Shown here piece by piece: positions 9,900 to 20,686 of a stretch of DNA of 64,000 nt; within the stretch, counting starts at the first letter, position 1; each line of letters begins with the position of its first letter. Origin of the DNA: an uncultured Candidatus Rokubacteria bacterium (GTDB taxonomy: Bacteria > Methylomirabilota > Methylomirabilia > Rokubacteriales > CSP1-6); contig CAWBMV010000006.1 of NCBI GenBank assembly GCA_963789955.1, positions 256,001-320,000 of the forward strand, in the 5' to 3' direction. Below the pieces are notes generated by a model, which saw only the letters and a list, made by a program, of their open reading frames with translations, made no database searches and was not told where the DNA came from. Position numbers and translations under genes: made by a program.

Positions 9900-10655
9900 T
9901 TGCTAGCCGTCCAGGGTCTCACGAAGCGCTTCGGCGGCTTCACCGCCGTCAACAGCGTGTCGTTCGGGGTCGAGAAGGGCGAGATCCTCGGCCTGATCGG
10001 CCCGAACGGCTCCGGCAAGAGCACGATCTTCAACATGCTCTCCGGCACCCTCGCGCCGAACGCGGGGTCGATCCGGTTCGAGGACCGTGAGATCGCCGGC
10101 CAGCCGCCGTACCGGATCATCAATCTCGGCATCGGCCGCACGTTCCAGATCCCACGGCCGTTCCGCCGGCTCTCGCTCCTCGAGAACGTGGTGCTCGCGG
10201 GATTCTTCGGCCAGGGTCGGCACTCGCGCGCCAAGGCCTTCGAGGCCGCGGAGCGGGCGCTCGGCCTCGTCGGGTTGCCGACCGATCGTGCGGCCACGGT
10301 GGACGGGCTGGGGGCCGCGGCCCTGAAGAAGCTGGAGCTCGCCAAGGCGCTGGCCACCCAGCCGAAGCTCCTGCTCGCCGACGAGAGCCTCAGCGGCCTG
10401 GACGAGCACGAGATGGATCAGGCGGCCGAGCTCCTGCGGCGGATCTGCCGGGAGCTCGGCATCACGATCATCTGGGTCGAGCACATCATGGGCGTCCTGA
10501 TGCGGGTGGTGGACCGCGTGATGGTGCTCGATCACGGCGAGAAGATCGCCGAGGGTCTGCCGGCCAAGGTCGCGAGCGACCCGCGCGTGATCGAGGTCTA
10601 TCTCGGCACCCGCGCCGCGGCGGTGTCGGCGGCCGCGGCGGCCGGCCGCGCCTGA
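9900..10655 (+). CDS. livG: HAAT ABC ATPase (LivG-like)
   Basis: GPNGSGKS Walker A, RTFQIPRPF, VEHIM, VIEVYLG. Confidence 0.88.
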   Translation: MLAVQGLTKRFGGFTAVNSVSFGVEKGEILGLIGPNGSGKSTIFNMLSGTLAPNAGSIRFEDREIAGQPPYRIINLGIGRTFQIPRPFRRLSLLENVVLAGFFGQGRHSRAKAFEAAERALGLVGLPTDRAATVDGLGAAALKKLELAKALATQPKLLLADESLSGLDEHEMDQAAELLRRICRELGITIIWVEHIMGVLMRVVDRVMVLDHGEKIAEGLPAKVASDPRVIEVYLGTRAAAVSAAAAAGRA

Positions 10656-10672
10656 CCCGAGCGGGCGCCTCC

Positions 10673-11401
10673 GTGCCGACCCAGTCGACCGCGCCCATGC
10701 TCGAGCTGAAGTCCGTCCGCGCCGGGTACGGGACCTTCCAGGCACTGTTCGACGTGTCGCTCGAGGTGCGTCGCGGCGAAGCGGTCGGCGTCATCGGCCC
10801 GAACGGCGCCGGCAAGACGACCCTGATGCGCGTCGTCTCCGGACTGATCCGGCCGACCTCCGGCTCGCTCGTGATGGAAGGCGTCGACCTGGCGAGCACG
10901 CCGGCGCACCGGATCGTGGAGCTCGGCGTCGCCCACGTGCCGGAAAGCCGGCGCCTCTTCCCGCGCATGACCGTCGAGGACAATCTGAAGATGGGCGGCT
11001 TCGTGCCGGCCGCGCGCCCGAAGTTCCGCCGACAGCTCGAGGTCGTCTACGAGCTGTTCCCGCGGATGCGCGAGCGACGCCATCAGCTCGCCGGCAGCAT
11101 GTCGGGTGGCGAGCAGCAGATGTGCGCGATCGGCCGCGCGTTGATGTCCGAGCCGAAGCTGCTCCTGCTCGACGAGCCGTCCGCCGGGCTGGCGCCGGTT
11201 CTCGTCGAGCAGGTCTTCGAGCTGGTCAATCGCATCCGGGCCGGCGGCCTGACCGTGCTGATCGTCGAGCAGAACGTGCAGCAGGTGCTCCGGGTGGTCG
11301 ATCGCGCGTACTTGCTCAAGACGGGCCGTATCCACACCGCCGGCGGCGCCGCCGAGCTCCTGGCGAGCGACAGCATTCGCCAGGCGTATCTCGGAGTCTG
11401 A
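10673..11401 (+). CDS. livF: HAAT ABC ATPase (LivF-like)
   Basis: GPNGAGKT, MSGGEQQM, LLLDEPSAGLAP, VEQN. Confidence 0.9.
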   Translation: MPTQSTAPMLELKSVRAGYGTFQALFDVSLEVRRGEAVGVIGPNGAGKTTLMRVVSGLIRPTSGSLVMEGVDLASTPAHRIVELGVAHVPESRRLFPRMTVEDNLKMGGFVPAARPKFRRQLEVVYELFPRMRERRHQLAGSMSGGEQQMCAIGRALMSEPKLLLLDEPSAGLAPVLVEQVFELVNRIRAGGLTVLIVEQNVQQVLRVVDRAYLLKTGRIHTAGGAAELLASDSIRQAYLGV

Positions 11402-11416
11402 GCGAGGAGCACGCCC

Positions 11417-12286
11417 GTGGGTATCTTCGACATCTTCTTGCTCGAGGCGGTGATCAACGGGCTCCTGCTCGGCGGGGTGCTCGCACTACTGTCGCTCGGA
11501 CTCAACCTGGTCTTCGGGGTCATCGACGTCGTCTGGATCTGCTACGCCGAGCTCGTCATGCTCGGCATGTACGGGATGTACTTTCTCTACACGGTCTACC
11601 ACGCGCCGATCGTGCTGGCGGCGGCGGTCTGCATCGTCTGCGTCGGCATCCTCGGCCTGCTGCTCCATACGCTCGTGATCGCCCCGCTCCTCGGCGCGGC
11701 GCCGATCAATCAGCTCCTGGCCACCGGCGGCGTCCTCTTCTTCCTGCAGTCCGCGGCGACCGTGCTGTTCGGCGTCGAGTTCAAGAACCTCGGGCTGCGC
11801 CTGCCGGTGCTGAAAGTCGCCGGCATGTTCGTCAGCTACTCGCGCCTGCTGGCCTTCGGCGCCGCGCTGATCGCCATGGTGCTGGTCTACCTGCTGCTGA
11901 CCCGGACCTACACGGGCACGGCGATCCGCGCGATCGCGCAGGACCGCCAGATCATGCCGCTGATGGGCGTCAACAGCCGCCGGATCTACCTGATCACCTC
12001 GGGGCTCGGCGGCGCGCTGGCCGGCCTCGCCGCGTGCCTGCTGGTCTTGCAGTACGACGTGCATCCCTTCGTGGGGCTCACGTTCGGGCCGATCACGTTC
12101 CTGATCTGCGTGCTCGGAAGCCTCGGCAACTTCGGCGGCGGCTTCTTCGCCGCCTTCGTGTTCGCCGAGATCATCTCGGTCGGCGGCCTCTATCTCGACC
12201 TGGAGTGGGGCTACGTCTTCGCCTTCGCCTTCTTCATCGTGATGATGTTCGTGCGGCCCGAGGGCCTGATGGTCCGGCGCTCGTGA
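11417..12286 (+). CDS. livH: HAAT ABC permease (LivH-like)
   Basis: GLNLVFGV, TGTAIRAIAQD, RPEGL. Confidence 0.88.
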   Translation: MGIFDIFLLEAVINGLLLGGVLALLSLGLNLVFGVIDVVWICYAELVMLGMYGMYFLYTVYHAPIVLAAAVCIVCVGILGLLLHTLVIAPLLGAAPINQLLATGGVLFFLQSAATVLFGVEFKNLGLRLPVLKVAGMFVSYSRLLAFGAALIAMVLVYLLLTRTYTGTAIRAIAQDRQIMPLMGVNSRRIYLITSGLGGALAGLAACLLVLQYDVHPFVGLTFGPITFLICVLGSLGNFGGGFFAAFVFAEIISVGGLYLDLEWGYVFAFAFFIVMMFVRPEGLMVRRS

Positions 12287-13251
12287 CCCGCTATCTCTGG
12301 TGGCTCGCCGGCGCGGCACTGGTGGCGCTGCCGTTCGTCTACCGCTCGCCGTATCCGCTCCACATCCTGGTCATCATCCTGATCTGGTCGTTCGCGTACA
12401 CCTCGTGGTCGGTGATGGGGCGCTTCGGCCTGGTCTCGCTCGGCCACGGCGGCTTCATGGGCGTCGGCGCCTACGTCACGGCGCTCACGTGGAACTACGG
12501 GCACGTCAGCCCGTGGATCGGCGTGCCGCTGGCGGTGGTCGCGAGCGCGGCGCTGGCGGCGCTGGTCGCGTATCCCTGCTTCCGCTTCCGGATCACCGGC
12601 CACTACTTCGCGCTCGTCACCCTGGCGCTCTCGGGCATCGTGCTCCAGGTGATCACGGCGACACGCGACTACACCGGCGGCTCGCTCGGCTACACGCCGG
12701 AGCGCTATCAGGGCGGCAGCTCGATCTGGGCGCTGCAGTTCCACGACAAGACGACGTGGTACCTGATCGCGCTCGCGGTCTGGGCGGGCGGGCTCTACGT
12801 GTGGAATCGCGTCGACCGCAGCATGCTCCGCTACGCGCTCGAGGCGATCTCGGAGGACGAGGACGCCGCGGCCGCCGCCGGAGTTCACGTGACCGCGGAG
12901 AAGCTCAAGATCACCGTGCTCAGCGCCACCATGACCGCGCTCGCCGGCGCGCTCTACTGCCAGTACCAGATGTTCATCTCGCCCGACACGGTCAGCGGCA
13001 TCTCGGTCTCGCTGCAGATGGTCTTCGCCGTCGTGGTCGGCGGCATCTACGTCTCGCTCGGGCCGACGATCGGCGCGGTGATCACGATCCTGTTGGCCGA
13101 AGTGCTGCGCATCGGGTTCGGCACCCGGGCGGTCGGCTGGGACAATCTCGTCTACGGCGTGCTGCTGGTCCTGTTCATCATCTTCCTGCCCAAGGGCATC
13201 GTCGGAAGCCTGCTGGACCTTGGCCGGAGAGCGCGATGGACCTCGAGCTGA
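12283..13251 (+). CDS. livM: HAAT ABC permease (LivM-like)
   Basis: GLVSLGHGGFMGVGAY, GHYFALVTLA, AISEDEDAA..GV, LPKGIVG. Confidence 0.88.
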   Translation: MTRYLWWLAGAALVALPFVYRSPYPLHILVIILIWSFAYTSWSVMGRFGLVSLGHGGFMGVGAYVTALTWNYGHVSPWIGVPLAVVASAALAALVAYPCFRFRITGHYFALVTLALSGIVLQVITATRDYTGGSLGYTPERYQGGSSIWALQFHDKTTWYLIALAVWAGGLYVWNRVDRSMLRYALEAISEDEDAAAAAGVHVTAEKLKITVLSATMTALAGALYCQYQMFISPDTVSGISVSLQMVFAVVVGGIYVSLGPTIGAVITILLAEVLRIGFGTRAVGWDNLVYGVLLVLFIIFLPKGIVGSLLDLGRRARWTSS

Positions 13252-13989
13252 GCGGCAAGGTCGCCGTCGTCACGGGGACCAGCGTCGGGCTCGGACGCGA
13301 GATCGCCAAGGTGCTGGCGGCGGAGGGCGCCCGGACGGTCGATCGTCGCCCGGCGCGCGAATCTCCTCGCGACGCTCCAGGACGAGATCGAGCGGGCGGG
13401 CGGCGCGCGACCGCTGGCGCTGCCGCTCGACCTCTACACGCCGGACGCGCCGGCGCGGATTCGCGACGCGGCGCTCTCGGCCTACGGGCGGGTCGACATC
13501 TTGATCAACAACGCGGGCGGCTCGCGCCCGATCCCGTGGGACTCGCCCGACGCCGCCTGGGACGAATCGTTCTCGATCAACTTCACCGCGGTGCGCCGGA
13601 CGACCCATGCGCTCCTGCCCGGAATGATCGAGCGGCGCTGGGGCCGCGTGCTCTGCGTGACCGGCACCGCCGAGCCGTCCGGCGTCAACGCCGCGGTGGC
13701 GGCGAAGGCCGGTGTCCACGCCTGGGCGAAGGGACTCTCGCGCGAGATGGGGCGGCACGGGATCACGATCAACTGCCTGTCGCCCGGGCGGGTCCACAGC
13801 GAGCAGATCGACCAGCGCCTGCACCCGACGCCCGAGAGCCAGGCCGAGTTCGCCCGCAACATCCCGCTCGGCTATTTCGGCGACCCGTCCGACGTGGCGT
13901 TCCTGGCCGCGTTCCTGTGCTCGCCCAAGGCGCGCTACATCACGGGCGAGCGCATCCACGTCGACGGCGGGCTGCACCGCGCGGTCTGA
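13236..13989 (+). CDS. SDR family oxidoreductase; frameshift near 13340
   Basis: MDLELSGKVAVVTGTSVGLG, INNAGG, ITGERIHVDGG; catalytic Tyr replaced (AAVAAK). Confidence 0.85.
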
Positions 13990-13993
13990 GCCG

Positions 13994-14659
13994 ATGGCGC
14001 GCATCGCCCGCGAGCTCTTCGCCTTTCTCGCCGAGCTCCGCCGGCACAACAACCGCGAGTGGTTCAACGAGAACAAGGACCGGTATCTGGCGGAGGTGCG
14101 CGATCCGGCGCTCGCGTTCGTCGCCTCGCTCGCGCCCGGCCTCAACCGGATCAGCCGGCACATCTCGGTGGATCCGCGGCCGTCCGGCGGCTCGATGATG
14201 CGGATCTATCGGGACACGCGATTCAGTCGCGACAAGACGCCCTACAAGACCAACGTCGGCATCCACTTCGGTCTGAAGGCGCCGAGAGACTTCGAGGCCC
14301 CCGGCTACTATCTGCACCTGGAGCCGGGGCACGTGTTCATGGGCGCCGGGATCTGGCATCCGGGCGCCGACGCGCTCCGCGTCATCCGCGCGGCCATCGT
14401 GAAGGATCCGCGCGGGTGGAAGGCGGCCAGTCGCGTGGGCCTCTCCGACCACGAGGCCACCTTGAAGCGGCCGCCGCGCGGCTTCGATCCCGAGCACCCG
14501 CTGATCGACGACCTCAAGCGCCTCTCGTTCACGACCGGTGCGGAGTTCACCCAGCAGCAGGCCTGCGCTCCGGATTTTGCGGCGCGCTACGTGGCCGCGT
14601 GCCGACGCGCGGCGCCGCTGATGCGTTTCCTCGCCAAGGCGATGGGGCTCGGGTTCTGA
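13994..14659 (+). CDS. DUF2461 family protein
   Basis: NNREWF..NK, RIYRDTRFSRDKTPYKT, LKRPPRGFDPEHP. Confidence 0.9.
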   Translation: MARIARELFAFLAELRRHNNREWFNENKDRYLAEVRDPALAFVASLAPGLNRISRHISVDPRPSGGSMMRIYRDTRFSRDKTPYKTNVGIHFGLKAPRDFEAPGYYLHLEPGHVFMGAGIWHPGADALRVIRAAIVKDPRGWKAASRVGLSDHEATLKRPPRGFDPEHPLIDDLKRLSFTTGAEFTQQQACAPDFAARYVAACRRAAPLMRFLAKAMGLGF

Positions 14660-14708
14660 TCTCAGCCCCGCGATCCGCGCTCGCCCTGACGAGGCGTCCG
14701 GCGTAGCA

Positions 14709-15896
14709 TTGGGGGCCGTGACCCCAGGAAAGTCCGCTGCCTCCGGGATCGCCGTATCGTCCGTGAGCCGCGAAGAGCTCCTGCGCCGAGCGGCCGTGCT
14801 CGTCCCGGTCTTCAAGGAGCGCGCCGTGCGTACGGAGGAGCTCCGTCAGGTGCTCCCGGAAAGCGTGCGCGATCTGCTGGCATCCGAGCTCATCCGGATC
14901 GGCAACCCGCGCCGCTACGGCGGCCACGACGTCGAGGTGGATACCGCGTTCGAGGTCGGCTTCGAGCTCGGCCGCGGCTGCGGCTCGACCGCCTGGTGCT
15001 ATTCGCTGTGGACGGCGCACAACTGGTGGCTCGGCCACTTTCCCGAGCGGTGCCAGGAGGAGTTCTTCGCGACCGGCCCCGACACGCTCTTCTCGAGCGG
15101 CCTGAACCCGGCCGGCGGCAAGGTCGAGCCCGCGAGCGGCGGATTCAGAGTCTCCGGACGCTGGGGCTTCTCGAGCGGCTGCGACGCGGCCACGTGGGTC
15201 ATGGTGGCCGTTCCGGGCGCGCGCCCGGGCGCACTCCAGTGGCTTCTGCTCCCGCGGGCGGACTACCAGATCGTCGACACGTGGTTCGTGTCGGGCATGC
15301 GCGGGACGGGCAGCAAGGACATCGTGATCACCGACGCCTTCGTGCCCGCGCACCGCGCGGTAGATCCCGAGCGATCCGGAGCCGAGGACATGACCGGCTG
15401 GGAGCTCCACGGCCGACTCAGCTACCGCGCGCCGCTCCGGTGTCTGGCCGGCTGGGACCTGGCGGCGCCGCTGATCGGCATCGCGCAGGGCGCCGTCGAC
15501 GAGTTCGTGGCGCGGGCACAGCGCATGTCGGGTCCGGGCCGATCCGCCGACTCCGTCGCGCTGCAGCTCCGGCTGGCGGAGTCCGCCGCCGAAGTGGACG
15601 CGGCGCGCGCGCTCCACCGGCAGGACATCCGCGAGATCCTCGACCGCGCGGCGCGGGGCGAAGGATTCTCCGAGCTCGATCGCATCCGCTACCGGCGCGA
15701 CAAGGCGTTCATCGCGCGGCTCTGCGTGCGCGCGGTCGACCGCCTGTTCGAGGGCAGCGGCGCGCGCGCCGTCCTCGACGCGGAGCCGATCCAGCGCTGT
15801 CATCGCGACGCGCACGGCGCCTCGCACCACGCGGCGCTGAGCTGGGACCTCGTCGCCGAACAATTCGGCCGGCAAGCCATGGGGGTCGGACCCTAG
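14709..15896 (+). CDS. Flavin-dependent monooxygenase oxygenase component (HsaA/HpaB-C2-like, acyl-CoA dehydrogenase fold); start uncertain
   Basis: PRRYGG, CGSTAW, SGRWGFSSGCD, DTWFVSGMRGTGSKD, PIQRCHRD. Confidence 0.85.
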   Translation: MGAVTPGKSAASGIAVSSVSREELLRRAAVLVPVFKERAVRTEELRQVLPESVRDLLASELIRIGNPRRYGGHDVEVDTAFEVGFELGRGCGSTAWCYSLWTAHNWWLGHFPERCQEEFFATGPDTLFSSGLNPAGGKVEPASGGFRVSGRWGFSSGCDAATWVMVAVPGARPGALQWLLLPRADYQIVDTWFVSGMRGTGSKDIVITDAFVPAHRAVDPERSGAEDMTGWELHGRLSYRAPLRCLAGWDLAAPLIGIAQGAVDEFVARAQRMSGPGRSADSVALQLRLAESAAEVDAARALHRQDIREILDRAARGEGFSELDRIRYRRDKAFIARLCVRAVDRLFEGSGARAVLDAEPIQRCHRDAHGASHHAALSWDLVAEQFGRQAMGVGP

Positions 15897-15955
15897 TCAC
15901 CAACGACCAACGGTAACAGCGGGAGCGCACGCGCCCGCGCGTTCGCAGGGGAGTC

Positions 15956-15980
15956 GAGAGGGGGGCGGAGCCCCCCTCTC
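15956..15980. repeat. Perfect 11-bp hairpin with GGA triloop (REP-like)
   Basis: gagaggggggc-gga-gcccccctctc between the monooxygenase and ThDP genes. Confidence 0.6.
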
Positions 15981-15997
15981 CCAAGGGAGACAAGCAG

Positions 15998-17654
15998 ATG
16001 AAAGTGGTCGACGCGATCGCCGAGATCATGAAGCGCGAAGGCGTCGAGTTCCTCAGCACGTATCCCGACGCACGCCGATCATCGACGCCGCGGCGGCCGC
16101 CGGGATCCGGCCCGTGCTCTGCCGGCAGGAGCGCGTCGGCGTCGGCATCGCCGACGGCTTCAGCCGGACCACCAACGGGCGGCGTCTCGGCGTGTTCGCG
16201 ATGCAGTACGGCCCCGGTGCCGAGAACGCGTTCCCCGGCGTCGCCACGGCGTACTCGGACTCGGTGCCGATCCTGGTCTTGCCGCTCGGCCACCAGCGCG
16301 ACCGGGCCCAGGTGTTTCCGCTCTTCAGCTCGGCGCGCACCTACGCGTCGGTCACGAAGTGGGTCGAGACCCTGAACCAGCCCGAGCAGGTCGGCGAGGT
16401 CATGCGGCGCGCGTTCAATCTCCTGAAGATGGGACGCCCCGGCCCGGTCATGGTCGAGATCCCGGCCGACGTGGCGGTCGCCGACGTCGCGGAGCAGATC
16501 GCGCTCCAGTACAAGCCGGTGAAGGCCACGAGCCCCGCGGGCAACGCGCGCGACATCGAGGCGGCCGCCCGCGCGCTGCTCGAGGCGCAGACAGCCGGTG
16601 ATTCACGCCGGGCAGGGCGTGCTGTACGCCGAGGCCAGTGCCCGAGCTCCTCGAGCTCGCCGAGCTTCTGCAGATTCCGGTCATGACCACGCTCGAGGGC
16701 AAGAGCGCCTTCCCGGAGGATCATCCGCTGTCGCTCGGCACCGGCGGCGGCGGCGTCATGTCCGGCGCCGTCGCATCACTTCCTGTCTCAGGCGGATCTC
16801 GTGCTCGGGATCGGCTGCAGCTTCACCAAGCACGGGATGGCGTCCAACATCCCGGCGGGCAAGACCATCATTCACGCCACCAACGACGAGCGCGACCTCA
16901 ACAAGAACTACACCGCCGATCATCCGATCCTGGGCGACGCCAAGCTGGTGCTTCGCCAGTTCATCGACGCCGCCAAGGACCTTCTGCGCGGCCGCGTCGC
17001 GCGACGGCGGCGTGGCGGCGGAGATCCAGCAGGCCAGGGAGGCCTGGCTGAAGGAGTGGATGCCCAAGCTCACCTCGAACGAGGTGCCGATCACGCCGTA
17101 CCGGGTGATCTGCGGACTTCATGCAGGCGGTCGATCCGCGCGACGCGATCGTCACGCACGACTCGGGCAGCCCGCGCAATCAGATGGTCCCGTTCTATCG
17201 CGCGACGGCGCCGCGCAGCTACATGGGCTGGGGCAAGTCCCACGCGCTCGGCACCGGCCTGGGCCTCGATCATGGGCGCCAAGCTCGCCGCGCCCGACAA
17301 GTTCTGCGTGAACTTCATGGGCGACGCCGCGTTCGGCATGACCGGGCTCGACTTCGAGACCGCCGTGCGCTGCGGCATCCCGATCACCACGGTCGTCCTC
17401 AACAACTCCGCCATGGCGATCGAGCGCCACGCGCTGGTCGTGTCGCACGACCGCTACCGGACGCGGGACATCGGCGGCCACTACGCCGACCTGGGGCGGG
17501 CGATGGGCGGCCAGGCCGAGCGGGTCGACGAAGCCCGCCGACATCGTGCCGGCGTTCCAGCGGGCCCGGAAGGCGAACGCAGGACGGCCAGGCCGTGCTG
17601 CTCGAGTTCATCACGAGCGAAGAGATCGCCTTTTCGCACCGGCGCGCGCTCTAG
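15998..17654 (+). CDS. Thiamine diphosphate-dependent enzyme (acetolactate synthase/glyoxylate carboligase superfamily); many frameshifts
   Basis: [34 protein letters not shown]...LNN ThDP-binding motif. Confidence 0.88.
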
Positions 17655-17675
17655 GTGGAAGGCCGGCGCGGACCG

Positions 17676-18741
17676 ATGCAATTCGGCTGGCTGACGCTCG
17701 CTCACTCCAGCTCGCCGGACGCCGACTACGGCGCGATCCAGGACCTGGTCGCCCAGGCGTGCTTCGCCGAGACCGCCGGCTTCGACGGGATCTGGCTCAC
17801 CGAGCACAACTTCACGGGCGAGAGCGTCTACTGCGATCCGATCCCGTTCGCCAGCGCGGTGGCCGCGCGCACGTCACGGATCCGCATCGGCTTCGCCGTG
17901 CTCCAGCTCGCGCTGCGCCACCCGATCCGGCTGGCGACCGAGCTGGCGCTGCTCGACAATCTCTCGGGCGGCCGGCTCGACGTCGGAGTCGGCCACGGCA
18001 CCAACTTCAACGAGTACGAGTTCATGGGCTTCGGCCTGCGCAGCGACGACAGCCGCGAGCGCATGGACGAGACGCTCGATATCATGGTGCGCGCGTGGAC
18101 GGAGTCGCCGCTCGTCCACGACGGGAAGTTCTACCGGCTTCGCTTGCCGGAGCTACGTCCGCGGCCGCTCCAGCGCCCGCACCCGCCGGTCTGGCGGGCG
18201 GTGTCCTCGGGCGGCGCGCTGCGTGAGTGCGGCCGGCTCGGGCGCGCCGATCATGATGGCCAGGATCCCGCTCGCCCGGGTGCCCGAGCGCCTGGCGCTC
18301 TACGAGACCGGCCTCGCCGAGAGCGGCCTCGACACCGAACGGCTGCGCCGGCTCCGTGAGCAAGCCGCCCTGTGGCGCTTCGTCCACGTCGCCGAGAGTC
18401 AGGCTCAGGCCGAGGACGAGCTGACCCGGGCGCTGCTCCAGACCCGGCGGCACATGGTCCACGCGCGCGAGACCAACAACCCGGCCGACTTCCACGTCGA
18501 GGCATCGCGGGTGAATCCGTGGAACGATCCGCACGTGTCCGACGAAGACGGCGTGCGTTACTCGCTCGAGACCTCGACGCTCTGCGGGACGCCCAAGCAC
18601 GTCGCCGAGCAAATCGCCGAGATCCGCGATGCCGGTGTGCACCACGTGCTGTGCCAGATGAGCTACGGCTACCTGGCGCACAAGTCGATCATGGAGTCGA
18701 TGCGCCGGTTCGGCGAGGACGTGATCCCGAAGTTTCGCTGA
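17676..18741 (+). CDS. Luciferase-like (LLM class) flavin-dependent oxidoreductase; frameshift near 18240
   Basis: GFDGIWLTEHNF, HPIRLA..LALLDNLSGGRLDVGVG, PRPLQRPHPP, RRFGEDVIPKF. Confidence 0.88.
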
Positions 18742-18861
18742 CTCCCGCGCTCCGGCTGGCTCCCGCAGGCACGCCCTTCATCCCGAATTCGAGCCGTTCG
18801 TCCGATTGGCGAGGCCGATAGCCCGGCGTCCGTCGATCCTGGGTCTCGAGGAGGAACCACC

Positions 18862-19575
18862 ATGATCAGACCCAGGCGCAGTGCCACCGTGCTCGCGGTC
18901 CTGCTCGTTTCGGGGATCGTGCTCTTGGCCGGCTCCCCGCGAGCCCAGAACACGCCCGACCCATCGCCGCGCTTCGACGAGATCGTCCGCGCCGACTTCT
19001 TTGCCGGATTCCGGGGCGACGCCGCCCGGCTCGAGAGGGGCATGAAGCGCTGCGAGGAGAAGCTGGCGACCAATCCAACCAACGCCGACGCGCTGGTCTG
19101 GCACGGCGCCGGGCTCATGTTCATGGCGGGCCAGGCCGGGCAGCGGCAGGATTTCGCGACCGCGACCGAGCGCGCGCGGCGCGGCCGCGCGGAGATGGAT
19201 CGCGCCGACCAGATCGCCCCCGACTCGCTGAGCGTGATGCTCGTACGCGCGGTGACCCTGAGCGCGTCGGCGCCCAACGTGCGCGATCGCGCGCAGGGGC
19301 GGATCATGCAGGAATCGGCGGTCGCCGGCTTCGAACGGGCGCTCGCGATCCAGACGCCCACGCTCGACCGCCTCTCCGAGCACTCGCGCGGCGAGCTCCT
19401 GGCCGGTCTGGCCGAAGGCTGGGCGAGGCTCGGCGACACCGAGCGCTCGCGCGGCTATCTCGAGCGGATCGTGAAGGAGATGCCGGACACACGCTACCAG
19501 GCCCGCGCGCGGGCGTGGCTCGAAGACGGACCGCAGGCGGGGCCGATGACGTGTCTCACGTGCCATCGCCAGTGA
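18862..19575 (+). CDS. Secreted helical/TPR-like protein with C-terminal CxxCH
   Basis: Signal peptide; NPTNADALVWHG TPR-like segment; ends MTCLTCHRQ; GAGGAGG RBS. Confidence 0.75.
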   Translation: MIRPRRSATVLAVLLVSGIVLLAGSPRAQNTPDPSPRFDEIVRADFFAGFRGDAARLERGMKRCEEKLATNPTNADALVWHGAGLMFMAGQAGQRQDFATATERARRGRAEMDRADQIAPDSLSVMLVRAVTLSASAPNVRDRAQGRIMQESAVAGFERALAIQTPTLDRLSEHSRGELLAGLAEGWARLGDTERSRGYLERIVKEMPDTRYQARARAWLEDGPQAGPMTCLTCHRQ

Positions 19576-19603
19576 CCCGAGGGCGGCCCTGACTCGGGCC
19601 GTC

Positions 19604-20686
19604 ATGCTACGATCGACACGACCGGTGGGACGGATACTCCGAATCCTCGCGACCAACACCTTTGCCGCGGCGGTGTACGCGCTCCTGCTCGGCTCGCTGG
19701 TCGGCTGGCGCTCGATGCTGACGTACTTCCTGATCTCGTTCCTCTACGCCAGCGTGATCGGTACCGCGGCCAACTTGATCATGCCGCTGGTCGGTGCGCG
19801 CCTCTCCGCGGGCGCGCCCGTCCTCTACTGGCTCGGGCTCGCCGGCACCTTGCTCGGGCTCACTCTGGTCGGCTCGATCGTGGCCGGCCTTCTCGCGGCG
19901 GCGTTGGGACTCTTCGGCCCGGGCTCCACGTGGGCCGCTCAGCGCGCCGGCATCGGCATCGCGCTGGTCCTCGCCATGACCGTCGGCATGGGCGTGGCGG
20001 TGTACGAAAGCATGCGGCATCGCCTGGACGCGGCCCGCGAGAGCCTGCGCGCCCGTGAGCTGGAGATCGAGCGTGCCCATCGCCTGGCGAGCGACGCGCG
20101 CCTGGCGTCGCTCGAGTCGCGCTTGCATCCGCACTTCCTGTTCAACGCGCTCGCGGCCATCGCAGGCCAGGTGCGAGAGTCGCCGGAGCGGGCCGAGCGG
20201 CTCCTGATCGAGTTCGCGGATCTGCTTCGCGCCTCGCTCGACGCGACCAAGCGCCACACGGTGCCGCTCGGAGACGAGATCACCGTGGTCCAGTCCTATC
20301 TGGAGATCGAGCACGCGCGCCTGGGCGAGCGCCTGCGCGCGAAGCTCGACGTGCCCGAAGATCTCAAAGCATGGCCGGTCCCGCCGCTGAGCCTTCACAC
20401 CCTCGTACAGAACAGCGTCAAGCACGTGGCCGCCGCGCGGCCGGAGGGCGCCGAGATTCGCGTCGAGGCACGGCGCGCCGGCGATCGTCTGGCGCTGAGC
20501 GTGTGGGACGACGGCTCAGGGTTCGAGATCGGCGAGGCGCCGGCCGGGCACGGGATCGAGACACTCCGTGCGCGTCTCGGCGTGCTCTACGGCCCGGCCG
20601 CGAGTCTCGAGGCCGCGCGTGCCGACGGCGGCGCCAGGGTCACCATGTCGGTGCCGGCCCACGCCGTGATCGCCGAGCGCTCATGA
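19604..20686 (+). CDS. LytS/AlgZ-family membrane sensor histidine kinase
   Basis: Four predicted TM helices; LHPHFLFNAL H-box, YLEIEHARLGERL, VQNSVKH, DDGSG, GHGI. Confidence 0.92.
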   Translation: MLRSTRPVGRILRILATNTFAAAVYALLLGSLVGWRSMLTYFLISFLYASVIGTAANLIMPLVGARLSAGAPVLYWLGLAGTLLGLTLVGSIVAGLLAAALGLFGPGSTWAAQRAGIGIALVLAMTVGMGVAVYESMRHRLDAARESLRARELEIERAHRLASDARLASLESRLHPHFLFNALAAIAGQVRESPERAERLLIEFADLLRASLDATKRHTVPLGDEITVVQSYLEIEHARLGERLRAKLDVPEDLKAWPVPPLSLHTLVQNSVKHVAAARPEGAEIRVEARRAGDRLALSVWDDGSGFEIGEAPAGHGIETLRARLGVLYGPAASLEAARADGGARVTMSVPAHAVIAERS

